Position numbers and translations under genes: made by a program | Sequence record: OP617745.1 | Length of the DNA: 64,000 nucleotides | Reading direction: 5' to 3' (one strand) | Notes under the pieces: model-generated | What the model was told of the DNA's origin: nothing | What the model saw: only the letters and a program-made list of their open reading frames with translations | The model's database searches: none | Part shown: in pieces, positions 47,843 to 58,156 of the stretch | Position numbering within the stretch: the stretch's first letter is position 1 | How the letters are laid out: the number at the start of each line of letters is the position of its first letter

Positions 47843-48676
47843 TCAAAACATTATCATTTTCTTAATCTCTCCATATAGAACCAGATGGCAATCTAGTTGG
47901 ACATGCTCACATGGTTCTTGAATAAAGTGTGTAAACGTTCTTCTAAGCGAGCCAGTAAAACTACTAAAATCAGCTTTTACCTGACTGGATATTCGGTAGT
48001 ACCCTGGGGGTATTAATAGTGTCGCTGAAGAATATCGGGTGTTACTTCCCAATTCAAACGTAACGTATGGACCTATCGCATCGAACGCTGCTTGAAACGC
48101 CGGAGACCAATCCCACGTGTTTGGATCTCCTGCGTCCGGTTTGTCAGTAATAAGATCTCTGAACTCCCAGACAGAGACTTTTATTGAACTTAATGCTGTA
48201 GCAACGGAATTGGCTGTAGATATAGCCGCAGCTAATGGGTTACGCTTTGAATTAACCATATAGCTTCCCAGACCATCTTCTGATGAAGCCAGATCTGCAA
48301 TTTTAACTCTATCTTGTAATGCTTGCTCTACCGTAACTCCTTGAGATGTACCAATTAGAGACGCACCATATCCAATTTGATTACTTTGTAACACAGATTT
48401 TGATAACAATAGCCCTTGAGTTAACGAAAATGTCCCAATACTTGTGACTAAAGTTAAAGTCTCTCCTGAAACACTCCAAGATATAGTTGTACCAGTAGCT
48501 GTTCCGCGATACCAACATGTTTCAGTACTTTCATCATATAAAACAATATATGGATTTATAAGTACTGAAGTAGATAGATATCCTACCGAAGATTTTTCAA
48601 TACCAAAGATTCTAGCTATAGATTCCTTATTAGTTTCTTTTGATACTGAGCCTTTTGGCTGAGTTAATTTATTCAT
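47843..48676 (-). pseudogene. Truncated tailspike/tail fibre (N-terminal adaptor intact, catalytic domain missing)
   Basis: Same N-terminus as 51889-54048; stops about 45 aa after the IPPGYYRI beta-helix entry with an unrelated-looking tail. Confidence 0.6.
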
Positions 48677-48708
48677 TATTATAATTTCTCCAAATATAAT
48701 TATATTAA

Positions 48709-48716
48709 TATTTATA
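48709..48716 (-). promoter_or_regulatory. T4-type late promoter TATAAATA
   Basis: TATAAATA on the minus strand ~33 nt upstream of the ATG; same context at 50983, 54077 and 58119. Confidence 0.7.
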
Positions 48717-48749
48717 ATATAAAAACACTATATCTATACATTTTTTATA

Positions 48750-50954
48750 TTAATAAGTACTATTATAACTTGCACCAGTTACAGTGATATAAAGAACTCC
48801 TGCACCTGAAGAAGTTATTGTTGGTGTTGTACTATCCGGCCAACTCACAGTAAATGTATTTGATCCGGCATAAACTTGATCTAAAACTGTTATTGTTGGA
48901 GTAGATGTTGCATTAAGTTTTATCAGACGACAGGACATTGCCCCAATAACAGAAGAGATATACAGTGTATATGCCCCTGCCAGACCTGCTTGATCTGGAT
49001 AAAGAGAATGACTGCCTGCTGCTGATACCTGAACACTATACGATGCAATTCCAGTAGATGTAGGTTTAGGTAATCTCTCAGAATAAGAACTTTCATAAGT
49101 AAGTTGACTACCTGCTACACAAGCTGCATATTCAAAACTTAAAGTAGATCCAGAATCGCCAACATTGATAGAAATGTCGTGATAAAGGTCATCAGTTGTA
49201 GCCACCACTGTACAGTAGTATTTTTGACCTCTCTTAACCCATGCACCAGAGTACGTAGTGACTGTACCTCCTGCGGATGTACAAGTGACTGTAACCCCAG
49301 AAGAAGTACCTACTGAATTCGCTGTAAATATATACGTTCTGGTAGATGCATACTGTCTAAAATTTGTCCCAAAAGAGGCTGCCGTTCCTGTGGAAGTTAC
49401 TGTACGCCCTGCATTAGCATTTACTGAACAATTCGTAAAATTCCAACCACGAGGAATACTGTTTGTAGGATGACGATACGCCCAGCCAGGATTAGGTACA
49501 AGGTTTTCTCTTATTGGTTCTGAAGTATATGATCTTGTAGAGTTAATTACCTTACCTGTTATAATACAAGAAGTACCTGCCCTATTATCAGTAGGTTCTG
49601 GACAATGTACACTAGTGGTGTCTATGACATATCCAGATGACGTTTGAAAATTAATTAGATAAGGAGGTTTAGAAGTAACTATAGACGATGAAGATTGGAA
49701 ATCACAATCCGTTACAAATACTTTTGAAATTAAATTGTTAGTAGTTTTTCTGAGAATAATATAACCAGAGTCACCATCAGCAACAGTAGTTCCAGCGTTT
49801 GACGCATTATCACCAATAACTTTAATACTGTTTAATGTAATAACAGAATCACCAGCAGTGTCATTATCAACAACACAACCAGTCTGGTCAAAAAGTCCCA
49901 ACTGTACAGTCAATATTCCAAGATAAGATGTTCCTGATTTGTTAACAATTGCTCGCTTATGGCAAAATGTATGGCAATCGAAAACATTACTTCCATCATG
50001 ATCTGTCAGGGTCAGGAATACTCTGTTATCATCTACTAAACATCTCCACATAGCTTCGGCAGGACGAACCACGTTCGGGTTAGCATGACAAGACTCTATG
50101 CGGTTAATATCACGAGACCCAGTAATTTGGAAGTCACGTTCCATGCAGAAGCCGTAGTTCTGGAACAGGAAATGCGAACCACCAGTCGAGACTACAAAAT
50201 TTTTCATCCCATAATATACACAGTTAGTTACATTTAAGAAACTAGTGGAAGAAATAGCAGTTCCGTAATTTAGAATATTTGCCTTACTCGTCGCAGACCA
50301 ATTTTGTAAAGGAGCACCAAATACTATACCTGTGAATGTACAAAGTTGACCACAATTAAACCAAATATTATCCCCTGTGCTACCGTACCATAAAAAGGCA
50401 GAGTCTAGGGGGTTAGCCGCTCTTTCCGCAGGTGTACTTCCAGATAAAGAAGAAGTTCCACCACCTTGTTGAAATTTATTAGATCTAGAGCCTTCAAAAG
50501 TAATCTGTGGTGGAATAGTATGTGTATTTTTAATTTTGTATATTTTAGAAAAAAGTTTAATAACAGGATAGCCATTATTCACTGCATATGATGTTGCTGC
50601 GTCAATTGCATCATCCCAATATTCATCACCATCTTTATGAAATTGTTCAAGAGTAATATATGTATTAATTTCATCCAAGCTTGTTTTTTTATTTAAATTA
50701 TAAGTACCTAAATCAGTAACAAGAGACATTGTGTTTTCTGAAATACTCCATGAAATTGGTGTACCGGTGGCGGCACCAACATTCCAACATGTAGTTGTTT
50801 TTGAATCATATAATACCAGTGTAGTACTAGAGATTTCATGTTTATTAGACAAATATTGAATATTTTCTGGAGAAATTCCATATATTAATGAAATACTAGT
50901 TTTTGTTGTATGAATCGCAGACGATCCTTTTGCTTGTGTTAAATCGGTTGACAT
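48750..50954 (-). CDS. Tailspike/putative polysaccharide depolymerase
   Basis: Conserved N-terminal adaptor (LTQAKGS), DDAIDAA..., beta-helix-like repeats, C-terminal NL.PNP carbohydrate-binding-like domain. Confidence 0.8.
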   Translation of the reverse strand: MSTDLTQAKGSSAIHTTKTSISLIYGISPENIQYLSNKHEISSTTLVLYDSKTTTCWNVGAATGTPISWSISENTMSLVTDLGTYNLNKKTSLDEINTYITLEQFHKDGDEYWDDAIDAATSYAVNNGYPVIKLFSKIYKIKNTHTIPPQITFEGSRSNKFQQGGGTSSLSGSTPAERAANPLDSAFLWYGSTGDNIWFNCGQLCTFTGIVFGAPLQNWSATSKANILNYGTAISSTSFLNVTNCVYYGMKNFVVSTGGSHFLFQNYGFCMERDFQITGSRDINRIESCHANPNVVRPAEAMWRCLVDDNRVFLTLTDHDGSNVFDCHTFCHKRAIVNKSGTSYLGILTVQLGLFDQTGCVVDNDTAGDSVITLNSIKVIGDNASNAGTTVADGDSGYIILRKTTNNLISKVFVTDCDFQSSSSIVTSKPPYLINFQTSSGYVIDTTSVHCPEPTDNRAGTSCIITGKVINSTRSYTSEPIRENLVPNPGWAYRHPTNSIPRGWNFTNCSVNANAGRTVTSTGTAASFGTNFRQYASTRTYIFTANSVGTSSGVTVTCTSAGGTVTTYSGAWVKRGQKYYCTVVATTDDLYHDISINVGDSGSTLSFEYAACVAGSQLTYESSYSERLPKPTSTGIASYSVQVSAAGSHSLYPDQAGLAGAYTLYISSVIGAMSCRLIKLNATSTPTITVLDQVYAGSNTFTVSWPDSTTPTITSSGAGVLYITVTGASYNSTY

Positions 50955-50982
50955 TATAATTCTCCAAATATAATTATAATAA

Positions 50983-51020
50983 TATTTATAAAGAAAAAGC
51001 CTCCATTTGGAGGCTTTTTA
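50983..51020 (-). promoter_or_regulatory. Terminator hairpin plus late promoter TATAAATA
   Basis: AAAAAGCCTCC-attt-GGAGGCTTTTT (50994-51019) next to TATAAATA (50983-50990, minus). Confidence 0.75.
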
Positions 51021-51199
51021 TTTTTTAAATTATATGATAAGTATATGTTATAACAATTTCTAATGTTGTTAAACTTGGTTAAAATAATAAAGAGAAAGTT
51101 GGTTGATGTTTCTGAATATGATGTAGGTGCTTCTGTAAGCAATGCTTGCTGGAATCACACTCGTAGCGATGCAACTATTGATGAGTGATTTAAGCTTCT

Positions 51200-51516
51200 A
51201 GTTAAGTTCTACTTCTGTCTGAAAAAGTAGTGGAGGCCAATCGTAATTGTAGAGCTGTTCTATCAAATGGAGAGAAGTCCAAAACTCAACGTAAGCCGAA
51301 AGAATCCAATCCAGTGTCTGCTGTAGACTTCAAACCTTTGCTACTTACAGTAACCAAGACATTAGGATGCTTGCTATAGTCAGTAAAGGTTTTAGGTTCA
51401 CCCCCAATACCATTGACGATCACATCATAGCCATTATTCTTAGTGTACTTACTTGTACTAGTCCATTCAGATACCGAAAGCATTCCTAAAAATGCTGTTA
51501 CTTGTTTACTAATCAT
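51200..51516 (-). pseudogene. Decayed lambda-R-like lytic transglycosylase (endolysin)
   Basis: AFLGML..SE...NNGYDVIV...FTDYS.HP..LV...LKSTA matches lambda R; stop at 51286; DFSP.DRTALQL continues in frame after the stop. Confidence 0.75.
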
Positions 51517-51536
51517 AAGAGTAACTCCTATCATAA

Positions 51537-51560
51537 AACCCCGTCCTTTATAGACGGGGG
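51537..51560 (-). terminator. Rho-independent terminator
   Basis: CCCCGTC-tataaag-GACGGGG then TTTT on the minus strand, after the 88-aa ORF. Confidence 0.6.
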
Positions 51561-51611
51561 ATATTCAGATTTCAGAAAATTAGAGGTACTCTACTCCCCA
51601 ATCAGGAAGCA

Positions 51612-51878
51612 TCAACCACTAAAACTGGATTCTAGTGAGGTTTCTGCCTGTACCAGCAGGTTATCTAATCCATCATGGTGGAAGGAATAAGTAATTATCC
51701 CTTCACCAATCCCTTCAGCTTTTACACTGAACTGAACCTCAGCTACCCCTGCTGCAACTGAATTCACAATAATTGCTTCATATGTAACGTTCAGCGTTTC
51801 ACTATTAGATGGTTTAACTATGCCAAGTTCAGGATAGTTTTTAACAACTGAACACTGTTTTGATATTGTAAATGACAT
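51612..51878 (-). CDS. Small tailspike-associated protein
   Basis: MSFTISK...; starts 11 nt after the tailspike stop. Confidence 0.65.
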   Translation of the reverse strand: MSFTISKQCSVVKNYPELGIVKPSNSETLNVTYEAIIVNSVAAGVAEVQFSVKAEGIGEGIITYSFHHDGLDNLLVQAETSLESSFSG

Positions 51879-51888
51879 TTTTTTATCC

Positions 51889-54048
51889 TTACGCGATTGC
51901 ACGCGAGTAAATTTTAGCGATTGTACTACCTTCAGTAACTGAAGAAAAAGTACAGTTATAGTGGTTTAGGATATAAGCAAGGCCAAGCCCGCTTATATTC
52001 GATCCCTGAATTATGTTCATATTTGATAATGAGCATGAATTCAGCGATAGTTTTACTACACCAGCCATCTGAGCAGGAGACACCAGGAACGGTTTATAAG
52101 TGACGTCACTTCCTGATATCGTACAGTTATTAAATGAAACCCCACAGTCACCATAAACATAAACCAGAGCACCAAATGCAATGGCTGCTGCACTTGTTGA
52201 TGAGGATAGCGTTAGAGTAATATTCAAGTTTTTGAATGAAATCCTTCCATCCTTAACCCCAACTCCTGATAGCCAGCCTGAATTTTCACCAATAACCAAA
52301 GTTGGCTTGGTTGTTGTATCACCAATAACCTGAATGTCAAAATTCTGGAAGAAGCGACTATTTGGCTGTAATCCATCTGAGTAGTATTTGGTTGTTGTTA
52401 CCGTATTACCAGCAGCAATATAAATCCTGTTTTTATAATTTGGCTGGCAGCGAAGCAATGCCTCCTGCAATGTTTTAACTGGGTAGCTTGAGCTATAGCC
52501 GTTATAACTGTCATCACCGGATGCCGAGATATAGATATCGCAATAACCAGAAAACTGAGAGTAACAGTTAAAAATAACTTTGCTAGGATATGCAATTTTC
52601 ATCCTGGTTCGCATGTCACCAGCATGTTTTACAACCAACTTACTAGAGCCAGGGCAGTTATATGGGTCAACAGTCTGGCTAAAGTAGTTAGTATTGGTCA
52701 TGTCAATACTTGCTGAGTTTGCAGCAGACCCTGACAAAAACACCATGCGTGTAGTAGCTGCTGCCCCTTTGTTATTGTAAAAATAACCAGGGGTCATACT
52801 CATTACGCACTCCATGAGGGCGTAGCATTCTTCCTCGATATTCTCAAAGTAAGTTCCGTGCTCGGAACCGCCCTGGCATCTGTGAAGCCTGTAGCCATTT
52901 TGAGAGTTTTCTAGTGTGCAATCCTTAAAATGTGGGGATGACCATGAACCAGCCACACAAGCTGTCCAGGCTTGTCTTGTTGAATACCCATAGAATTCAG
53001 GGAAATCAGTAAACCACGGAAGTGGGTTTGGCCCCTGGGTAGTCTGGAAATAGCAGTTATCAAACATCCATGTCGTAACATTATTTCTCAGTGTCAGAGC
53101 AATTGTTGCAGTCCTGAAAATGCAATCCCTGAAAGCACCATTCCACGTACAGGTGAGGTTCGCCCCAACGGCTGCTCGGGATGTAATGCGTGCACAGATG
53201 CTATTGAGTACGGCACCATGTGTGAGGCGGAAATTAAAAATCCCCTTCAGGGAAGTATTGGCACCAGCAACAACGGAGAAATTTTCCAACAGTAACCCAG
53301 GGCAGCGAGTGATTTCTCGCCTGTCGCTCGCACTGGCAGAATATGAGTCAATCTTTGCTGCGTGCGTACCTGTTTGATCAAGGTTTAGTGATTCAAATGC
53401 ATAACCATCCTGCATGGAAAAATCTGGTATGAACTTTGTGAAATTATTCGTTGGATCACCCAAATAAGATTGTGCAATTCCACTCATTCGGAGATAAGGC
53501 GGAATTATCATAGTTCTGGTGAAACGATACCTCCCCGGTAGCATCAAATAATATTTAACAGTTGCCCCTCGAGCATCAGTATCAGAAACATTTCCCTGCC
53601 ACACGAAATCAACACAAGCATTCATTGCAGCTTGCAATGCATCAGAATCGTCAGCAACACCATCTCCCACGGCTCCAAACATCTCCGGTGTGACCCACTT
53701 GATAGCATCGCCGACAAAGCCACCTTGTGTAAGACCAACCATTCCGGCACCATCACTTGAAGCTAGGTTTTGGCGAAGGTTAGCTAATTCTAGCTTATAT
53801 ACTCCTGATGAAGTAACCAAAGACAACCCAGTCTCCAATACAGTCCAACTAGTAGGCGTGCCTGAAGCTTCACCTCTAAACCAACAAGTTTGTGTGTTTT
53901 CATCATATAAAATTGTATATAAGTCTACTTCTACTGAAGTAGATAGATATCCCACCGAAGATTTTTCAATTCCAAAGATTCTAGCTATCGATTCCTTATT
54001 CGTTTCTCTCGTAACTGAGCCTTTTGGCTGAATTAACATATTTGCCAT
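51889..54048 (-). CDS. Tailspike/putative depolymerase with a GC-rich passenger region
   Basis: Adaptor QPKGSV..ETNKESIARIFG; WVTPEMFGAVGDGVADDSDALQAA pectate-lyase-3-like entry; beta-helix. Confidence 0.85.
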   Translation of the reverse strand: MANMLIQPKGSVTRETNKESIARIFGIEKSSVGYLSTSVEVDLYTILYDENTQTCWFRGEASGTPTSWTVLETGLSLVTSSGVYKLELANLRQNLASSDGAGMVGLTQGGFVGDAIKWVTPEMFGAVGDGVADDSDALQAAMNACVDFVWQGNVSDTDARGATVKYYLMLPGRYRFTRTMIIPPYLRMSGIAQSYLGDPTNNFTKFIPDFSMQDGYAFESLNLDQTGTHAAKIDSYSASASDRREITRCPGLLLENFSVVAGANTSLKGIFNFRLTHGAVLNSICARITSRAAVGANLTCTWNGAFRDCIFRTATIALTLRNNVTTWMFDNCYFQTTQGPNPLPWFTDFPEFYGYSTRQAWTACVAGSWSSPHFKDCTLENSQNGYRLHRCQGGSEHGTYFENIEEECYALMECVMSMTPGYFYNNKGAAATTRMVFLSGSAANSASIDMTNTNYFSQTVDPYNCPGSSKLVVKHAGDMRTRMKIAYPSKVIFNCYSQFSGYCDIYISASGDDSYNGYSSSYPVKTLQEALLRCQPNYKNRIYIAAGNTVTTTKYYSDGLQPNSRFFQNFDIQVIGDTTTKPTLVIGENSGWLSGVGVKDGRISFKNLNITLTLSSSTSAAAIAFGALVYVYGDCGVSFNNCTISGSDVTYKPFLVSPAQMAGVVKLSLNSCSLSNMNIIQGSNISGLGLAYILNHYNCTFSSVTEGSTIAKIYSRAIA

Positions 54049-54076
54049 TTATAATTCTCCAAATAAATTATAATAA

Positions 54077-54111
54077 TATTTATAATAAAAAGCCCCTGGT
54101 AAGGGGCTTTT
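54077..54111 (-). promoter_or_regulatory. Terminator hairpin plus late promoter TATAAATA
   Basis: AAAAAGCCCCT-ggta-AGGGGCTTTT next to TATAAATA (54077-54084, minus). Confidence 0.75.
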
Positions 54112-54121
54112 GTTGTTTTAT

Positions 54122-57100
54122 TTAAAATACATTAGAAGAAGTTATATCATCTGTAGTATCATACTCAATTTCAATTTGAAACCTACTACCTTTGACGTCG
54201 GACCACAAAAATCTATATGTGCTATCAGTGGATGTTTGTGATTGTAATATAAAATAATAGTTAACAACTGAATTGGAATCGGTAAAAGAACCACATTCAT
54301 ATGCAACCGGATTTATTTTTATTGTCCTAGTAATCGAATTATCATCTGTTATAGTAAAAGTTGTAGAAGTAATAACAATTGGTTTCACAGGCCCATATGT
54401 ATTAAGAGAATAACTTGTGTTACTAGAAATAATAGGTGCATAAATTTTATTAAATCCAATAACAACCGGTTCGGAACCACCAGTTGCTCTATTACTTGCG
54501 TCAAATACAATTTTCATTTTAACACGATTACCAATTCTCTCCATAAAAACACGTTTTGATGGCGTCGTTACTATAGTACTGGAACTACTGGTTGGAATAC
54601 CAGCGTATAATGTCATTTGTGAACTAACATCCTTTTCAAAATATTTCCAATAATATTTAGAATCAACTGTTCCAGTTGAATTTGGAATAAACTTCTGTGG
54701 GGGCGTTTGGTAAACATCAGGTGACATTTGTTCCACAATAACGGATGAACCAGAACCGTTGTCAACAATAGTCCTTCTCATTCGGTTTTTATAACCATTA
54801 TCATTTCTGGCAACAGTTCGGGCGGAACCAAACAAACCCAATGTGTTAACAGGAAATCCATTCATTATAACGACACTACCCTCACCACCCCAATATTCGG
54901 AATAAGTTTTATTGCCAGGCCAGTTGTCAGCACCAGAAGTAACAAAATCATTTGATCCACCAACAACTGTTCCACCATCGCGTGTCAATTTACAACCTTG
55001 TTCAATATAAGCAGTGCCTATAATACAACCAGGAACATTCAACTCACTAGAATCATTATAAGTGGTTAATACAGCGGCTCGGCTACATCCCCATGTTTTT
55101 AATGATAACACTTCATTTAGGATGTGGTAACGATGATATCTACCCATTTGTGACAATGCACGTTTCGAAATTCCCAAAAACGGACTATCAGTATATAAAG
55201 TACTGGTTGACGTTAAATTAGTACCAGTATTAGTACATCTTCCACCATCAGCAGTTCTTTTTGAATTATCATTTTTATAAAAATACGTATTAAAGAAAGT
55301 ATCAATTTTTGAAAATATATCACTACTTCCCCAATAAGTATCATTACTGTATTCAAGAGATTCAATTTTAACAAAATCGCACCATCCAATACAATACACA
55401 TCAGTACCATCAACATAAGGTGGAACACCCTTTCCTGTATTAGAACCACTAATATCATTCCTAGTTAGCCACCAACCACCTATTGTAAAGCCACTTGCAC
55501 AATTTGTCATTCTTATTTTTTTAATAGTTGAGCGATCACCACCCAACCAACTCATTGCAATTCCACAATTATTAAATTGTAATACTCCCCATGTTACTGA
55601 ACCAACTACACCATCAGCAACAATTCCAATAGCCGCATTTTTAATTGTAAAACCGTCAAATTCAATATTTGCAATATCACTATTCATTCTGTTTATAGAA
55701 CCAACTGCGGCTTTATATGTTCCGTCCCAATTCCTAACTCGCAAACAAATACCAATCGTTTGGTTGATATCAACAGTACTTTGATCCCACAAAAAATTTA
55801 ATGAATTACTTGCAATACCCGATGATTTCAAAGAAACACCAGATGGCCAATTTAATCCAACGGCCATTCTGTATTCTGGTTCTGGTGTTAATGTAACTTC
55901 ACCAGTTCTTCTAGTATCGTATGTTCCATCATCAAATGGCATTACAAAATCATAACCCAATGAAGGTTTAATATTATAATTACCACTAAAATATACAGTA
56001 CTAGCACCAATATCTTTCGCTTTCTGTGCCGCTGCCGCGAAGGCGGGACTCCAATCGTTTGGATCGGTTACTAAATTCTTAAATGATTCTACTGTTATAA
56101 TTTTATATAATGCATCTTGTACAGTTCCTGATTGTGACAAATAAACCAGACTTGCACCTTCTCCATCCTCTGTGGACTGTAAATTATCATTAAACTCATT
56201 TAAGTTATTAATATTTTCTTGAACAGTTTTATTGTTTTCAGTACCAATCAATGATGCTCCAGTAGTTGATGACAATATAGTTGTATCAACTTTGTTATTA
56301 AGTGTTTGTTGTAGATCACTACCATCAGGAGTTCCTATTATAGATGTACCAACATTGGATGATAGCGTTGATTTACTAACAAATTGAGAAGATGCATTAT
56401 CATAAGTCAAATATGGATTTGTATTGAAAACCAATTTACCAAGAATTGCAATAAAATTATCACCAGTTTGTAATGCACCATTTAAATTGACGTATTGCCC
56501 ATCAATTGTGTAGTGATTTAAATTTACGCTTTGAAGAATACCATTAATAAAAATAGTAATACTACCAAAATTATACGGAACGAAGATTCTAGTTACATTA
56601 TCAGAGGTTGCAGTATAAGTCCATGTAATAACGTCTTTGTTTGAATCTAATTTATAAAATGGTACGCCGGGTACTGTACCAAGAGTTCCTGTACCAGTCC
56701 ATACAGTACCGTCCACTGGATATAACCAGTACTGGTTCACAGTTGATGTACTACCAACTGTCCACATTTTCAGTGATCTTCGTGGCAATCCAAAAGCTAC
56801 TTCAATACTCGGTAAATGTGGTTGCCATTTTAAATTTATACCTTCATTTTTTAATGAATTTTTTAATTCCTGTAGTTCTTCTGCGGTTGCATAGGAAGTT
56901 AAATCTGCTTTGGTTACTAAATTACTGTTCTGTACTGGAGAGTTATAAACAATAACATGAATATCATCTCCTAATTGTAAAGGAGAACTTAACGTAACTT
57001 CAGTACCGTTTAATATATAAGCACCGCTGTCTGGATTTTGCAAAACACCATTGATAAAAACTTGCAATTCACTAAAATTAAAATAAGGTATATTTAGTTT

Positions 57101-58084
57101 ATTATTCGATTCATCGGTTATGGTACTGGTATAACTGGCATTAACACTATCAATGAATTTTGGATCATTCAATGTAACAAAAACATTATCATTTTCATCC
57201 AAAGACGAAATAAATGATAAAGTTGTGCCTGATACACTATATGCATTATCGTATTGTAAAACACCATTGATATAAACAAGACCATCATCAAACTCACCAG
57301 GTAAAGTAAAATCGGTTTGATCTTGAGATGCAAGAGCAGTAAATGAAACCAAGTCAGTCTCATTACCAAGAACAAGAATATCATCATTTAAATACAATTT
57401 ATCACCAAGAGTGATAGTACTTCCAGAAACAGTATACGAATCTGGATATTGCAAAATACCATTAATAAAAACAAAATTAGTTTTTTTGGTAAATGGTAAC
57501 ACAATAACAGTTTGATCTTCGGTTGCAGTTGCAGTAAATTCTTCATTATCAGTGTTGGTTGTGTCTTCACCAACAACAACATAAATGGTATCACCTGTAC
57601 TTAATTTGGAATTAAATGTTACAGTACCACCAAATGTTTGGTAAGATAAACCTGGATATTGTAGTACACCGTTAACATAGATAATTGCTTTTTTGAAATC
57701 TAGATTAGGAACCGTAAATTGAGTTTGTCCGGCAGCGGCGATAGAACTCCACGTTACTGTAGTTTTGGATGAATCAAAGATAGTAACCCAATCCGAATCG
57801 TTAACATCGTTAACGACTCTCATCATCAATTTCACTGGTGCTGAATCAGTGTCTTTCCAATCGCCAGTATTAAAAGAAAACATCCCAGCGATATTTTCTT
57901 GTTTACCAAAATTTGTTACTAAAGTATTACTTGCTAAATCTGTAGTGCTTTCATCAATTTCATTTATTGTGAATTTTCCTTTAGGCATAATTTTAGAATC
58001 TGATAACTTTTCATTATCAAATATCACTCCACCTTTAAGGGATGCATCAACTGCTGATAGTGATCCTTTAAATTTAAATGCCAT
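54122..58084 (-). CDS. Large tail fibre/tailspike with five ~55-aa repeats and C-terminal beta-helix
   Basis: Five FING.LQ...Y...G..L...GD repeats, W.PHLP..EVA.GLP domain, DWSPAFAAA entry into the beta-helix. Confidence 0.85.
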   Translation of the reverse strand: MAFKFKGSLSAVDASLKGGVIFDNEKLSDSKIMPKGKFTINEIDESTTDLASNTLVTNFGKQENIAGMFSFNTGDWKDTDSAPVKLMMRVVNDVNDSDWVTIFDSSKTTVTWSSIAAAGQTQFTVPNLDFKKAIIYVNGVLQYPGLSYQTFGGTVTFNSKLSTGDTIYVVVGEDTTNTDNEEFTATATEDQTVIVLPFTKKTNFVFINGILQYPDSYTVSGSTITLGDKLYLNDDILVLGNETDLVSFTALASQDQTDFTLPGEFDDGLVYINGVLQYDNAYSVSGTTLSFISSLDENDNVFVTLNDPKFIDSVNASYTSTITDESNNKLNIPYFNFSELQVFINGVLQNPDSGAYILNGTEVTLSSPLQLGDDIHVIVYNSPVQNSNLVTKADLTSYATAEELQELKNSLKNEGINLKWQPHLPSIEVAFGLPRRSLKMWTVGSTSTVNQYWLYPVDGTVWTGTGTLGTVPGVPFYKLDSNKDVITWTYTATSDNVTRIFVPYNFGSITIFINGILQSVNLNHYTIDGQYVNLNGALQTGDNFIAILGKLVFNTNPYLTYDNASSQFVSKSTLSSNVGTSIIGTPDGSDLQQTLNNKVDTTILSSTTGASLIGTENNKTVQENINNLNEFNDNLQSTEDGEGASLVYLSQSGTVQDALYKIITVESFKNLVTDPNDWSPAFAAAAQKAKDIGASTVYFSGNYNIKPSLGYDFVMPFDDGTYDTRRTGEVTLTPEPEYRMAVGLNWPSGVSLKSSGIASNSLNFLWDQSTVDINQTIGICLRVRNWDGTYKAAVGSINRMNSDIANIEFDGFTIKNAAIGIVADGVVGSVTWGVLQFNNCGIAMSWLGGDRSTIKKIRMTNCASGFTIGGWWLTRNDISGSNTGKGVPPYVDGTDVYCIGWCDFVKIESLEYSNDTYWGSSDIFSKIDTFFNTYFYKNDNSKRTADGGRCTNTGTNLTSTSTLYTDSPFLGISKRALSQMGRYHRYHILNEVLSLKTWGCSRAAVLTTYNDSSELNVPGCIIGTAYIEQGCKLTRDGGTVVGGSNDFVTSGADNWPGNKTYSEYWGGEGSVVIMNGFPVNTLGLFGSARTVARNDNGYKNRMRRTIVDNGSGSSVIVEQMSPDVYQTPPQKFIPNSTGTVDSKYYWKYFEKDVSSQMTLYAGIPTSSSSTIVTTPSKRVFMERIGNRVKMKIVFDASNRATGGSEPVVIGFNKIYAPIISSNTSYSLNTYGPVKPIVITSTTFTITDDNSITRTIKINPVAYECGSFTDSNSVVNYYFILQSQTSTDSTYRFLWSDVKGSRFQIEIEYDTTDDITSSNVF

Positions 58085-58118
58085 TTCATAATCCTTTTAA
58101 AATTAAAAATTTATAATG

Positions 58119-58155
58119 TATTTATAACGAAAAAGCCCCCACAAGGAGGCTTTTT
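58119..58155 (-). promoter_or_regulatory. Terminator hairpin plus late promoter TATAAATA
   Basis: AAAAAGCC...GGCTTTTT (58130-58155) next to TATAAATA (58119-58126, minus). Confidence 0.75.
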
Positions 58156-58156
58156 C

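Noticed and set aside
50954-51142. 62-aa minus-strand ORF between the lysin relic and the tailspike
   Set aside because: It runs through the terminator and late promoter, and its translation spells out the T-rich intergenic sequence
51534-51568. Hairpin AAAACCCCGTCCTTTATAGACGGGGGATATTCA resembling an IS200/IS605 right end
   Set aside because: No tnpA or tnpB remnant nearby; position and the minus-strand T-run fit a terminator for the small ORF
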